Assembly (NCBI RefSeq): GCF_004010195.1
Contig: NC_057717.1
Span: 103,612,631-103,676,630 of the forward strand
DNA: 64,000 bases
Reading direction: 5' to 3'
From: Chiloscyllium plagiosum
Lineage: Eukaryota
Position 1 is the stretch's first letter, and every line of letters starts with the position of its first letter. The translations under genes and the position numbers were made by a program. The notes under the pieces are model-generated. The model searched no databases, had not been told where the DNA came from, and was given only the letters and a program-made list of their open reading frames with translations. Positions 23,785 to 36,325 of the stretch are shown in pieces.

Positions 23785-23925
23785 TCCAGTGCAGCGCAGA
23801 GGGTGTGCCGCACTGTCAGAGGGACCCTATGACAAATGAGATGTTAAACTAAGGCCTCAATCTTCTTTCTCAGGTGGATGTTACCAAGAACAAAAAATCC
23901 TGGGTGCTGCTTCTGATGAGAACTG
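23785..23925 (+). mobile_element. DeuSINE (SacSINE1/AmnSINE1-like) central-domain relic
   Basis: ccagtgcag..gcactgtcagagg..tgagatgttaaac..ctcaggtggatgt resembles the Deu domain as I recall it. A 3'-half relic lies at about 35190-35385. Confidence 0.55.
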
Positions 23926-24291
23926 GAGTGTTCTATTTCCAAATACCTCTTCTTAAATTTCCAGAAGACGTTTTGATTCACTTGCTCGCCAGTTTTCAAA
24001 TTAAGATACATTGCAATTTGAAAATTTGTTAGCGTTTTATTTAAAGGAACTTTTCTGCTTGTTTGAAGTTGTGAGCTTTCAGGAGGGCCTCGGAAGCCAG
24101 TAGAAGAGCTTTGGTCAAGTTTCTGTTGCTGGAACGTCAGGGGAAATGGAGTTATGGATGAAGAGAAGACAATCCTTGAAATAGCTGATGTAGACCATTC
24201 ATCCCCTTGGAGTGATTCCATAATCAATATGACGCTGGCTGATCTGTTTGTGTTTCAAATTCCACATTCCCATCCACCCCAATGATCATGA

Positions 24292-25205
24292 CGTGGAGGT
24301 GCCGGTGTTGGACTGGGGTGGACAATGTTAACAATCACACAACACCAGGTTACAGTCCAACAGGTTTAATTGGAAGCACTAGCTTTCGAAATGCTGCTCT
24401 TTCGTCAGGCCATTGATTGGTACCGAACTTGGCTATCAGCCTCTGCTCGCCCACTTTGTGTTGTTGTCTGTCCCAAAGTCCGCCTTGGAGGATGGTCACC
24501 TGAAGGTCCGAGGTCGAAAGTCCCTGACTGCTGGTGTTCCCCGACTGGAGGGAACATTCCTGTCTGTTGATTGTTGTGCGGAATCCATTCATCCGTTGCC
24601 ATAGCCTCTGCTCGGTCTCGCCAATGTCCCATGCCTCAGAGCATCCTTGCCCGCAGTGTGTGAGATAGACAACGTTGGCCGAGTCACATGAGTACCTGTC
24701 GCGTACCTGGTGGGTGGTGTCCCCATGGGTAATGGTGGTGTCCGTGTCGACACTCTGACACGTCTTGCAGCGTTTGCCGTGACAGGGTTGTACGGTGTTG
24801 TCCTGAGAGTCGGGCAGTTTGCTGCGAACAATGATCTGTTTAAGGTTCGGTGGTTGTTTGAAGGCGAGAGGTAGAGGCATGAGGAAGGTCTTGGCGAAGT
24901 GCTCATCCTCATTAATAATGTGTTGCAGGCCGCAAAGAACATGGCGTAGTTTCTCCGCTCCCGGGAATTACTGGACAATGAAGGGTTACCGAAACTGATA
25001 TGGTCATTCTAAAAGATGAAAGACTTAAACCAAACGTGTTGAATATTATATTCCATGATACTGCAATCCTGTTGCTATAAATTCTGTGACATATGATCCT
25101 GCTCCACTATCACCTGATGAAGGAGCAGCGCTCCGAAAGCTAGTGCTTCCAATTAAACCTGTTGGACTATAACCTGGTGTTGTGCGATTTTTAACTTTAT
25201 CCACC
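24292..25205 (-). mobile_element. Truncated Penelope-like retroelement with GIY-YIG endonuclease fragment and inverted pLTRs
   Basis: ORF 24350..24880 encodes AFKQPPNLKQIIVRSKL..PC..KRCKTC..CDSANVVYL.HC...IGET..RL..RMNG. Family A pLTR at both ends in opposite orientation. Confidence 0.9.
25111..25145 (+). ncRNA. Minimal hammerhead motif (family A, intact)
   Basis: CAC-CTGATGA-A-GGAGC AGC GCTCC-GAA-AGCT-A-GTG: stem I CAC/GTG, 5-bp stem II, palindromic AGCT. Confidence 0.8.
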
Positions 25206-25566
25206 CCAGTAAACCCCAGCCTCACAAGAATTCATTGTCCCTCTTTCTCAAAAGAGCTCAATGAGCTCTTCTCTACTGTATTCAGAGGTAGTGTTCCAAA
25301 TTCAGACAACCTTCCAGAAGAAAATTATCCTTCTCATTTCTCTCCCATATATTATCTGAACAATCGACTTAGATGGTAATACACACCTCTGGAGCAGGTG
25401 GGACTTGAATCTTGCCCACTCCGGCTCAGAGTTAGGGACATTATACAAAAACCCTCATCGCCATGGCCTTAAAGTGGCCTTATAATTTTAAAAGTATGGC
25501 TCAATTAGGATTTAACGGACAGCTTTCTCAAAGAGCTAGAAAAGGTGCAATGGGAATCTAGTCTAG

Positions 25567-25665
25567 ATCAGAGTGGTGCTGGAAAAGCACAGCAGGTCAG
25601 GCAGCTTCCGAGGAGCAGGAAAATCGACATTTCGGGCAAAAGCCCTTCATCAGGAATGAGGCAGG
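25567..25665 (-). mobile_element. Family B PLE-derived fragment with hammerhead motif (25622-25657)
   Basis: Reverse complement attcctgatgaagggcttttgcccgaaatgtcgatt. Confidence 0.75.
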
Positions 25666-26696
25666 GAACCTCCATATTCTCCACCCCGGGACATTTTGCC
25701 ACAATGGGAATCTGCCCTGGCACTGTAGGTGGGTGCCAGGGCACAATGTCCCAGTATAGAGACACGCAGGTCTCACGGAGGTCCCTGGATAAACAAGCAT
25801 TGTGGTTAGCCTCTGGCAAATCATTTCCCTTCCGAGGGATCAATATCCCTCCTTTGGATGGGAGCCAATCTGCTGAATAAAACGTAAACATTAACTAGTT
25901 ATAACTAAAATGTCGGTGGGTGTTGCCATATTGTACTAAGCTAGAGAACTGGGAGATTGAGAAACTGGCAGAAATAGAGAGGGAGAGCATAAGAGAGGTT
26001 TGGAGATAGAATTCTAGAGCTCAGAGCCATTTAATCAGAGATGCTCAAATGGCCAGGATTAGAGGAACACAGAAATCCTGGTATGGGCTAGAAAGTTGGA
26101 GAAGATTACTGAGATTTCAGTGGGGTTTAGAGCTGGACGAGATTACAAAGATTAGGGATTGTACGGCTGGAGGGAATTACAGAGGTGGAGGATTGTAAAG
26201 TTGGAGGGGAATCACAGGGATTGGGAATTGTAGGGCAGGAAACGATTATTGAGTGTGTATTCTGGCAGGAGGAGGCTACAGTGTTCAGGGAGGTTGCATG
26301 GTTGTAGGGGATTACAGGGAGAGGGAGGGATTTAATTGCACAGGGATTTTTAACAAGAATGAGAATGCTGAATTGGAGGTGCATAGCCAGGCTTAGACAA
26401 CATACCTCTAAATAGCAGCATTTTACACCATCTCACTGCAATATACTTTTGAACAATTTCTGAACAACGTTGTATCACAAAACATGTATTTCAGCCAAAC
26501 TGGACTCTTTGACAGTGGGCAATGATTCTTTTATTCTGCCTTCCTCAAAGTGCATTTTAAGTTTATTTCAATTACAACCTGAGCCTGGTCAGACTCACGC
26601 CGTCACCTCATACATAAACTGAGTCATTTTTCTCCAATGCAATATCTTCTAGAATTAAAGGGACCACTTTGCAATATCCTGACTATTAATGGTTGC

Positions 26697-26698
<2 letters not shown>

Positions 26699-26732
<34 letters not shown>
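26699..26732 (+). repeat. (GA)n microsatellite
   Basis: Direct read. Confidence 0.95.
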
Positions 26733-26735
<3 letters not shown>

Positions 26736-27764
26736 AAGCAGACACAAGCTTCTAATAACATCACAAGAAGTTTCATTTTGTCTACTCTCATTAGTGAGTT
26801 TGAGGAAAAGAAGTATTGGATTAATAAGGACATAAAAATAGCACAGATCATAATTTATGTATGCTATCTAATAAGCAGGGAAGGAGTTTCACAGAAGCAA
26901 TTTAATCACCAATCATCCTTTACATTGCCAGCACTAGAATAAATATTACATGATAAGTGTAGGTATTATTCCTTGTTATATATCTCTTATGTACTTTTGA
27001 AAAGCAACAAGTCAGATTGGTGGGGGAGAGGTCAGATCACAACAACAGGTTTGAGGCAGTAGCTAATTTCTGAGTATTAATTAGTCTCCAAGTGAACTAT
27101 TGCAATCAGATTCTAGCCTGTAATTCACTCCTCTTGTTTAAAAACCGTCCATCACCCTTCTTATGATGCAGGCTGGTTCACTCACTCCTGGTATCAATAA
27201 TGTTAAATATAAACTTCGCAAGCTCCTCAATTAGAGAGTCTGCCCTGTGATTAGCTCCAGGCCATCCATTATTCTACCCATCAATCTCTTGACTCACAAA
27301 AGTAAATTTTAGCCTGTAGCTCCCTCTCAGCTCTGCACAATTTCATAAATCAATCAGGGAGTGCTGCTAAGACTTTGCAACCCACCCACTTGCAGGGAGC
27401 CAGGAAGTGAGTCATTTTTAAGGATTCAGAGAAATTAATCTTGTGGACATTGACAAAGTAATTTGCACTCTCTCCATCCTAAGCCGCAGAACATGGCGTG
27501 GATGTGATCACTGCAGCAATTTTCTTAAACCAATCAGAAGCACAAAGCCAACCAATCAGAGGGAACGACCTGGCATACGAAATGGTAACACCCACCAACA
27601 TTTTAATTACAACTAGTTTGCAATTATGTTTTATTGTAGATTTCTAAGCAGATTGGATCCCACCAGAGCAGGGATATTGATCCCTCAGAATCGAATGATT
27701 TCCCAGAGGCTATCCCTAGCACTTATTTAGCCACAGATCCCTGGTGAGAGGCGTATCTCTATCT

Positions 27765-28970
27765 GCTGTTCAGTTCTGGTCTCCATATTACAGGAAGGAT
27801 GTGGAGGCTTTGGAGAGGGTGCAGAAGAGGTTTACCAGGTTGCTGCTTGGAATAGAGAGTATGAGCTTTAAGGAGAAGCTAGAAAAACTCTGGAGCAGGA
27901 GAGGCTGAGGGGAGACTTGATAGAAGTCGATAAAATTATGAGATGCATAGATAGGATTGACAGTCAGAACGTTTTTCACTCCTCAGCCCGTTGGCCCAAT
28001 TGATCAAGACCCCTTTGTAATTTTGGATGACCCTCTTCACTGTCCACTAAACACCAACTTTGGTGTCATCTGCAAACTTACTAACCACGCCTCCTACATT
28101 CTCATCCAAATCATTTATATAAATGACAATCAACAGTGGACCCAGCACCGACCCTTGAGGAACACCGCTGGTCACAGGCCTCCAGTCCGAAAAACAACCC
28201 TCCACCACCACCCTCTGTCTCCTACAGTCAAGCCAATGTTGTATCCAACTGGCAAACTCACCCTGAATCCTATGTGATCTAACTTTACTAACCAGTCTAC
28301 CATGCGGAACCTTGTCAAAGTCTTTACTAAAGTCCATGTAGACAACCTCTATTGCTCTGCCTTTATCTATCTTATTGGTCATATCCTCAAAAAACACAAT
28401 CAAGTTTGTGAGACATGATTTCCCAATGCCAACAAAACCATGCTGACTAACGCTAATCAGTCCTTGCCTCTCCGAATGCATGTAAATCCTGTCTCTCAGA
28501 ATCCCCTCCAACAACTTACCCACCATTGATGTCAGACTCATTGGTCTATAGTTCCCAGGCTTCTCCTTACAGCCTATCTTAAATAAAGGCACAACATTAG
28601 CCACCCTCTAATCCTCCACCATCTCACCCGTCGCTATAGATGATACAAATATCTCTGCTCAGGACCCTGTAATTTCTTCCCTAACTTCTAACAAAGCCCT
28701 GGGATAAACTTTATTAGATCCTGGAGACTTATCTACCTTTATGCTTTTTAAGAAGTCTAGCATCTACTCTTCTGTAATGTGGACTGTTTACAAGATATCA
28801 ATATTTATTTCCCTGTGTTCCCTAGAGTCCATGTCTTTCCCCACAGTAATTACTGAAGGGAAATCTTCATTTGGTGTCTCTCCCATCTCTGTGGTTCTAT
28901 AGATGGATAATCTTTAAGGGCCCTTGTCTCTCCTGAGTTGCTCTTTCACCCTTAATGTATTTGTAGAATC
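27765..28970. mobile_element. Two CR1 fragments: 27765-27977 (+) and about 27985-28970 (-)
   Basis: ORF 28047..28604 encodes [46 protein letters not shown] (RT domain). Confidence 0.9.
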
Positions 28971-29828
28971 GTTGTTGATGTCAATTATAAGGTAAAATAT
29001 TTTTTGATGTAAATTAAATGATAAAACAGTTGGTATTTACACACAGTAGATTCTGAGGCACAGCAGGTAGTGATCCTGCCTCAGAGCCAGACATTCCATG
29101 TTTGAGTCCCACACTAGGATTGATGGCCCTAGGTGATGTGTGTGTAATGTGGACAACACACTCCATATGCTGGTGCTAAGAGTGAGTGATTCCTGGATGA
29201 GATGGAAAGAACATTGAAGACTCTGCCATCACGTTCCATAGCTCCGGGCTACAACGTGCCGGTGAAAATGTGGACTGCCCTGGGGCTTCAGGGGAGTGAG
29301 ATGGAGTTGGCAGGATGTCTTTATCCTGGGGTGGGAAATGCAGGAACCTGTCTTCTTGTCCTCGCTAGGGAAGAGTGTGTAGCAGTGATGGTCAAATCTA
29401 TTACCTTTATTCAGAACATCTGGGTAACATAATGCACTGAAATTGATTGCTGTAGATTTCGGCAAATTAAAACATAGCCTACTAAGGTATTGAATTAATT
29501 GCTGGTATGGAGAATTGAGAATTCCCAGGGCAGGTCTAGGCTAGACTTAGTACAGAACTTGATGCCTTATGGTGGAAAGGATAGAGGGTTATGGCCATGA
29601 TTTACCAAGATAGTTCTGAAAGGGATAGAGATCGGATAGAGATCGGAAAAGCAAGAGTAGAGATCTTTTCCAAACAGAAGGCTGAGAGGGGTGAGCTAAT
29701 CTAGGTCCTGGAAATCTCTGAAAGGTTTCAGTCGAGTGGATATTCCCTCATGGAGGGAGGAGACTGTCAGTATGATGCAGTCACCAAGAAATCCAATCAG
29801 GAATTCAGGCAAAAGGTCTTCACAGAGA

Positions 29829-29939
29829 GAGAGCAAGGAGAATGTGGATGTCACTCCCACAGGGAGAGCAAGGAGAATGTGGACGTCACTCCCACAGGGA
29901 GAGCAAGGAGAATGTGGACGTCACTCCCACAGGGAGAGC
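29829..29939 (+). repeat. 35-bp tandem repeat x3 within a CR1 relic
   Basis: Unit gagagcaaggagaatgtggacgtcactcccacagg. Confidence 0.92.
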
Positions 29940-30824
29940 TGGAGGTGAGTAATCCAGATACAATGAAGAGGAAACTAGACAAGTAGATGAAAGAGAAGGG
30001 AACAGTTGGTTACAATGATAGACTGGAATGAGTAAAGTAGGGAGGAGGATCCAAAGGAGCATTCAGCCAAATGGCCTTTCTGAATATTCTATATCATTCC
30101 TTTTACTCTACTCTTAATGCCCCTTAATGCTAAAAGAACATTATCAAATCTTCAGTACTGCCCTCAGAGGTGCTAGAGTTAAATTTGATTTTCCTGGACA
30201 GGACTACAGACAACACCAGAGAGAAAAGGTACAGGGACTTTGGAAGAACTGAGCATTTCTTTAACTCTTTTGTGAACACATCCATTTTTTAGTTACCGCA
30301 AGTGAACTGCCTTAACTTTACAAACACTTCATTAACTGTTGGAAGACAGGGAAATGGAGCTGTGAGATTGCACAGAGGTGGCTGCAAACACTTGTGCCAC
30401 GTTGGTTCACACTAAGTCATTGAGATAGAAATGTGGAAACTCGAACCAATGAAGTGGAGGCAGGTCAGAGTCTATGGCCCCTCTTGTTGACTTTGCAACC
30501 TTTCTCTGGTTTTGTCAATTCTCCCAATGTGCAGTCTGGATTTTAATTCTGATGTAGCAGCTGTCTGTGAAAAAGCAGACCTCTCCATTCTCTTTCTGCC
30601 TGTTGACTGGCCAAAGTCTAATTCGCAACATTTTCTGCTTCCCGCATAGTGAGCAATGCGATTGCGTCCTGAGGATGGTAGGAGGATACAGTGAGAAGGT
30701 CCCTTTAACCATAAGAGGACACAAGCTTGGTCACATCTCCTGACCTGAACGGTTTCTCAAACTGCATGGATTGTTCTGCCCATGTCTATAACATTGGGTC
30801 AAAAACCTGGAAATTCCTCCCGAA

Positions 30825-31356
30825 AGAGAGAGTGTGTGTGTCTGTGTGTGTATATGTGTGTGTCTGTAAGTGTATGTGTGAGAGAGAGAGAGAGAATGTG
30901 TGTGTGTGTGTGTCTTTGTTTACCAGTTATCAGTTTAATTGTATAACACCACCAAGTTGCCTGCTTACCAGTTAACCAGTTTATCAGTTACCTGACTGAC
31001 TTATTTCACACCATGAACCCAAAATAAGTTAATGTGCTCACTCACTAAATGTTCACAAATAGCACTGAATACAAGGAAATAAGTAATCTACATCTGTGTA
31101 ACCACACACACACACATGTACACACACACACATACACACATACACACACACAGACACATGCTCACACACACACACACAGACACAGAGACACACACAGGCG
31201 CAGAGACAGACACACAGACATACATGCACAGGCACACAGCCACATACACACAGACATACACACACACAGACACACTCACAGACACAGATAGACAGACAGA
31301 CACACACACACACACATACAGATACATAAACACACACTCACAAACACACACACACA
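30825..31356. repeat. (TG)/(GA)-rich tract 30825-30912 and (CA)-rich tract 31101-31356
   Basis: Direct read; source of the CV and HT low-complexity ORFs. Confidence 0.92.
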
Positions 31357-31826
31357 TTCTTTCACAAATAAAACAAATACTGATTGTTTGGTGTGAATTC
31401 TTTAGGTGGAAGGGTATGTAGAGGGAGCTGTTCCGTTCAGATGGAGAGATGTTAGATATTGAGGGCAGCTTTAATACTCTCTCACAGCAACAGTAACAGC
31501 CCTGGGCCGGTGCCTGGGTCTCAGGCAGTGACTCGGGTCATATCTGGGAGTGTGTGTGCATTTCTTAATTAATTCATGGGATAAGGGCAGCACTAGCTAG
31601 GCCCAGCATTTATTGCCCATCCCTAATTACCCAGAGGGCAGTTAAGAGTCAACCCCCCATTGCTGTGGGTCTGGAGTCACGTGTAGGCCCAGACCGGGTA
31701 AAGATGGCAGTTTCCTTCCCTGAAGGATATTAGTGAAGGAGATGGGTTTCTCTCCCCCCAGACAAGCATAGAATCCCTACAGTGTGGAAACAGGCCATTC
31801 AGCCCAACCTGACCCACCATTCACAC

Positions 31827-32340
31827 AACCTAACCTGCACATCCCTGGACACTATGGGACAATTTCCCATGGCCAATCCACCCTAACCTGCACATCCTTG
31901 GGCACTATGGGACAATTTAGCATGGCCAATCCTCCCTAACATACACATCCCTGGGCACTATGGGACCATGGCCAATCCTCCCTAACATACACATCCCTGG
32001 GCACTATGGGACAATTTCGCATGGCCAATCCTCCCTAACATACACATCCCTGGGCACTATGGGACAATTTAGCATGGCCAATCCACCCTAACCTGCACAT
32101 CCCTGGCCACTATGGGACAATTTAGCATGGCCAATCCACCCTAACCTACACATCCCTGGCCACTATGGGACAATTTAGCATGGCCAATCCACCCTAACCT
32201 ACCTACACATCCCTGGGCACTATGGGACAATTTAGCGTGGCCAATCCACCCTAACCTGCACATCCCTGGGCACTATGGGACAATTTCCCATGGCCAATCC
32301 ACCCTAACCTGCACATCCCTGGGCACTATGGGACAGTTTC
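31827..32340 (+). repeat. 53-bp minisatellite, about 10 copies, derived from an HE1-like SINE segment
   Basis: Unit atggccaatccaccctaacctgcacatccctgggcactatgggacaatttagc, preceded by a reverse-complement SINE tail at 31770-31810. Confidence 0.92.
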
Positions 32341-32344
32341 AATG

Positions 32345-32600
32345 GCGGATGTGGAAGGATCCTTTGGGGCCCTGGGTGGAGAGGAGGTGTGGGGGGCAGG
32401 TTTTACACCTCTTGCAGTGGCAGGGGTTGGTGCTGGACGTGGGGGAGGGTTGATGTTTGTGAGGGGTGTGAACCTAACGAGGGAGTGGCTGAAGGAATAG
32501 TCTCTGTGGAACGCAGACAGGGGTGAGGAGAGAAGTATATCTGTGGTGCACGGGTCTGATAGTAGGTGACAGTAATGGCGGAGGGTATTGCGATGTATTC
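32345..32600 (-). mobile_element. Penelope-like ORF relic (RT-endonuclease linker)
   Basis: Minus-strand reading gives LRHYCHLLSDPCTTDILLSSPLSAFHRDYSFSHSLVR, resembling the PLE linker pattern HL..DP....I....P..AF.R..SL...LVR. Confidence 0.6.
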
Positions 32601-32771
32601 AGACACTCTGACTTCCAGTATCTACAGACCCCACTCTCTCCACGTTGATCCAAAGAGCCCAGCTAATGTTCTCAGTTCAATCTCACCACAGCAGATGGTG
32701 GCATATACATTCAAAAACATCTGGGATTATGACCATAAGACAATCACTGCTGGTTGGCACGGTGGCTCGGT

Positions 32772-32958
32772 GGTCTGTGTCCGTGTGTGTGTCTGGGTCT
32801 GTGTCCGGATCTGTGTCTGGGTCTGGGTCTGGGTCTGTGTCCGGGTTTGTGCACACACAGACACACACAGACACACATACACACACATACACACACAGAC
32901 ACACACACACATACACACCCACACACAGAGACACACACAGACACACATACACACATGT
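32772..32958. repeat. (GTCTGG/GTGTCC)n followed by a (CA)-rich microsatellite
   Basis: Direct read; follows a truncated SINE head ggcacggtggctcggtggt. Confidence 0.9.
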
Positions 32959-33109
32959 GTGAGGCTTTTTCAAAGATTTGTTACAGCAAGGCCTACTGAG
33001 GTTTCCCACTGTACCTTCTCAAACCCATCTCATTATTTACTTACTAAGACCCTATGGCTTCTCCTATGGCCAATTTGTGTCCATCTTAATCACACCACTG
33101 CCAGAACAA

Positions 33110-33668
33110 TCCTGCTGCGGCTGTGCAAGACAATGGTGTGGTCACATTTGGAGCACTGTTTACAGTTCTGGTCGCCCCCACCATAGGAAGGACATTAAAT
33201 TGGAAAGGGTGTGCAGAAAAGATTTACAGAGATGTTACCTGGACTGAGGGTTGGAGTTATAAGGAGAAGCTGAATAGGCTGGGACTTTTTTCACTGGAGC
33301 ATAGGAGATTGAGGGGTGACTTTATAGAGGTTTATAAAATCATGAGGGACATGGATAGGGTAAATAGTGGGGAAGTTAAAAACTTGAGGGCATAATTTTA
33401 AGGTGAGAGGAGAAAGATTTAAAAGAGACCTGAGGGGTAACTTTTTCACAGAGAGAGAGGCTCGTGTGTGGAATGAACTTCCAGAGGAAGTGGCATTTGC
33501 AGGTACACTTATAACATTTATAAGATGTTTGGATCAGTACATGAATATTAAGGTATAGAGGGCTATGGACCAAACGCAAGAAAATGGGAATAGTTTAGCT
33601 TGAGAAACTTGGTTGGCATGGACGAGTTGGACTGAAGGGCCTGTTTCTGTGCTGTATGACTCTATAAC
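33110..33668 (+). mobile_element. CR1 LINE 3' fragment
   Basis: HLEHCLQFWSP and LGLFSLEHRRLRGDFIEVYKIM. Confidence 0.85.
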
Positions 33669-35882
33669 TCACCACTCAGCAGATAGTTGCCATCTCTTTG
33701 GGATCTCACGCCTTCTTTGAGTGACTGATGTGCACCTGGACAGGATCTGGTATTCCTGCTCAGTCAAGGGCAGAGGGCACAGGAGAAGGGGTAGATGGAA
33801 CAGCATTTCTCTGACAGGAACTGGTGCAATGAAGACGTGCCCTCTTCCCAAAGGGTCACCAGAGGAGGCTGTGTGCCACAAGGACCTGCCGGTCCAGTGT
33901 GAGGCCTCCAGCCAAGTCAGTGCTGAGGAACACACAGCAGCACAGTCAATCACCTTCCCTGGCTGCCCGCGGGCAAGGGTCACAGCCCTCCCTCTGCCAC
34001 CTTGCGCTCGTTCTATCAGAGGAACTGCATGGACACCTTGCACCGAGACCTCCACCGCCCTCACTGTTGTCCATGTTCACCCCGCCCCTGTCATGAGGAG
34101 AGAGGCCCAGCCCTGGCAAGAGGAGACTGACCACAGCTGTAACACCATAGCATCCCACCAAGCATCTGCCAGCTACAGCCACTCGCCCTTTGACCTCTGC
34201 TATCCCTCTCAACCATTGGACACCGCACTGCCTGCCCTCTTTTCGGCTTTGCAGATTCCATAAATGGAGATTTAATGTACCATTTTATTTTTTTCTTCAC
34301 GCACTGATCCAGCTCCCTCAGAGGCAACTCTCAGAGTGAACAGAACCTCTGACACTTCAGTTTACTTATGTATATTTTTTTCTTTATTTTCCCCCAGACT
34401 ACCGCACAAAAGCGGTCGGGCTTATTTTTAACGTACCATTTTATTCGTGAACAGTGTCCTCTCAAAACGTACTCCCTGAATGGGCACATTTGCCCCATTC
34501 CGCCAAGAAACATTGAATTATTAATGGCTAACCAACCAAAGACAATTGCTGACGGTCACAGAAAAACTGACCTAATATGGTCATAGCCATGACCTACATC
34601 AGAAGGACCAAACATGGTGCCTGGGTCTCTCTGAGTCCGAAAACCTGACTCCACTGGCTATGCCACAACACACCGGATACACAGCCCTCTTTGCTATTTG
34701 CATATTCCTAAACCTGGCAGCCTCTCCTTGCATTGCATGTCGCTTTTGCAAACAACCGACGCTTGTTCTTCATTGCAAGAATTCTGCTTGAAAAATCTCA
34801 TCTTATCTCCTTTGATCTGCACCTCCTCCAGCAGAAACCTCAACACACTATTTGCACCATGCCCTGAAGTAAGGTACAGCTTTTGCGCATCCCCTGACGG
34901 CTCACTCTCCTACACATAGTTTTTAAAAAAAGCCCGTTCCCCGGTATTCCTGCTCCCTGGGGCACAAATCACCTCTTTCTCACCTCCCAGCCCTCGCGCC
35001 CCAGTGACTGTTGCCATGAATATAAACGGGAAACTATGATGGTGACAGCCAAAGGAGGAGGCATGGCCAAGATGTTGAGGAGATCTGCTCATTGGCCCTG
35101 CTGCCAGGGTGGTCGTCACTCTCCTTCCATGCAGCTGCTTGGGACAAGAGTGGGGTTTGAAGGGGCGTGGGGCGGGGGGGGGGGGAGAGAAGCCTCCCTA
35201 ACACCCCCAGCCAATATTTAACCCTCAGCCAATATCGCCCGAGCAGAGAGGGGATGTGAGGCAAGGGAGCCGATGGGACGTTGTCCCCTTGCATTTTGCT
35301 CATATCTTGTGATGTTGCGACTGCAATGACGGAATGCTTTGGGACACTTTGAAGTTGAGGTGCTATCCAGATGCAAGTCTTTCCCTTTCTGGTTATCATT
35401 ACCCAGACACCCCTTTTCCGTTAAGGTGGAACTCGAAGTGAGTGTTCATGCCCAGCCGCGGTTTGACACGGTGGAGTGGGGGTACAAGAGGGGGAGTGGA
35501 TGAAGAAAGGTCCAGCCCCCTTGGGTTGTGCTGAATTGGGCTTTGCGGGTTTTCGCTGCCTCTGAGTGACACGAGGCCCCGCGACAGGAAACACAGCCTC
35601 AGCTTCGAGAGGAAGAGGCTTCACGCTGCAGAAACAGACAGGAAGCCTTTCTATTGGTCGGCCAAGATGCTAGCTGCAATGCCATCAGCAGCAAAAACCC
35701 TTTCCTTCAGAACCCAGCCTTGGCTGATTGAGTTTCTGGCGTCAAATAAGAGGGATCCAAATGAGCGCACTAATTCCCTGCACCCAACCCCACCACACCG
35801 GTGAAATGACTTGAATTTGTGTAGCACCGTTCACCACCTCAGAGTGTCCCAAAGGAGCAATTTACAAGTTCCTTGATCTGCA

Positions 35883-36325
35883 GTCATGAAGACATACTGC
35901 ACAGAAACAGACCCTTTGGTCCAATCACTCCACACCCAACATAATCCCACATCAAACATGTCCCACCCATCTGCACTTGGTCCATATCCCTCCAACCCTT
36001 TCCTATTCATGGACTCATCCAAATGTCTTTTAAACATAACCATACCTGCGTCCACCCCTTCCTCTTGGCATATTTTTAAGGTGAGAGGATAAAGATTTAG
36101 AAAGGACACGAGAGGAACTTTCTTACTCAGAGAGTGGTCTGTGCGTGGAATGAACGGCCAGAGGAAGTGGTGGATGTGGATAGAGTTACAATATTTAGGA
36201 GAAATTTGGATAAGTTCACGAATAGGAAAGGAATATGGAGCAATCACAGGATGTGGGACTAGTTTGGTTTGGGATTATGTTCGACGTGGACTGGTTGGAT
36301 GGAAGGGGCTGTATGACTCTATGAC
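35883..36325. mobile_element. Back-to-back CR1 3' fragments (- then +)
   Basis: Both arms carry CR1 3' UTR sequence with ctatgact-type tails pointing outward. Confidence 0.7.

Noticed and set aside
27765..28970. Twin-priming inversion of a single CR1
   Set aside because: The fragments converge tail-to-tail, lack a 3' terminus and TSD, and do not fit the expected geometry.
31827..32340. Regular repeat array as a CRISPR
   Set aside because: Head-to-tail units with no unique spacers, SINE-derived, in a vertebrate context.
31049..33009. His/Thr-rich and Cys/Val-rich ORFs
   Set aside because: Artefacts of (CA)n/(TG)n microsatellites.
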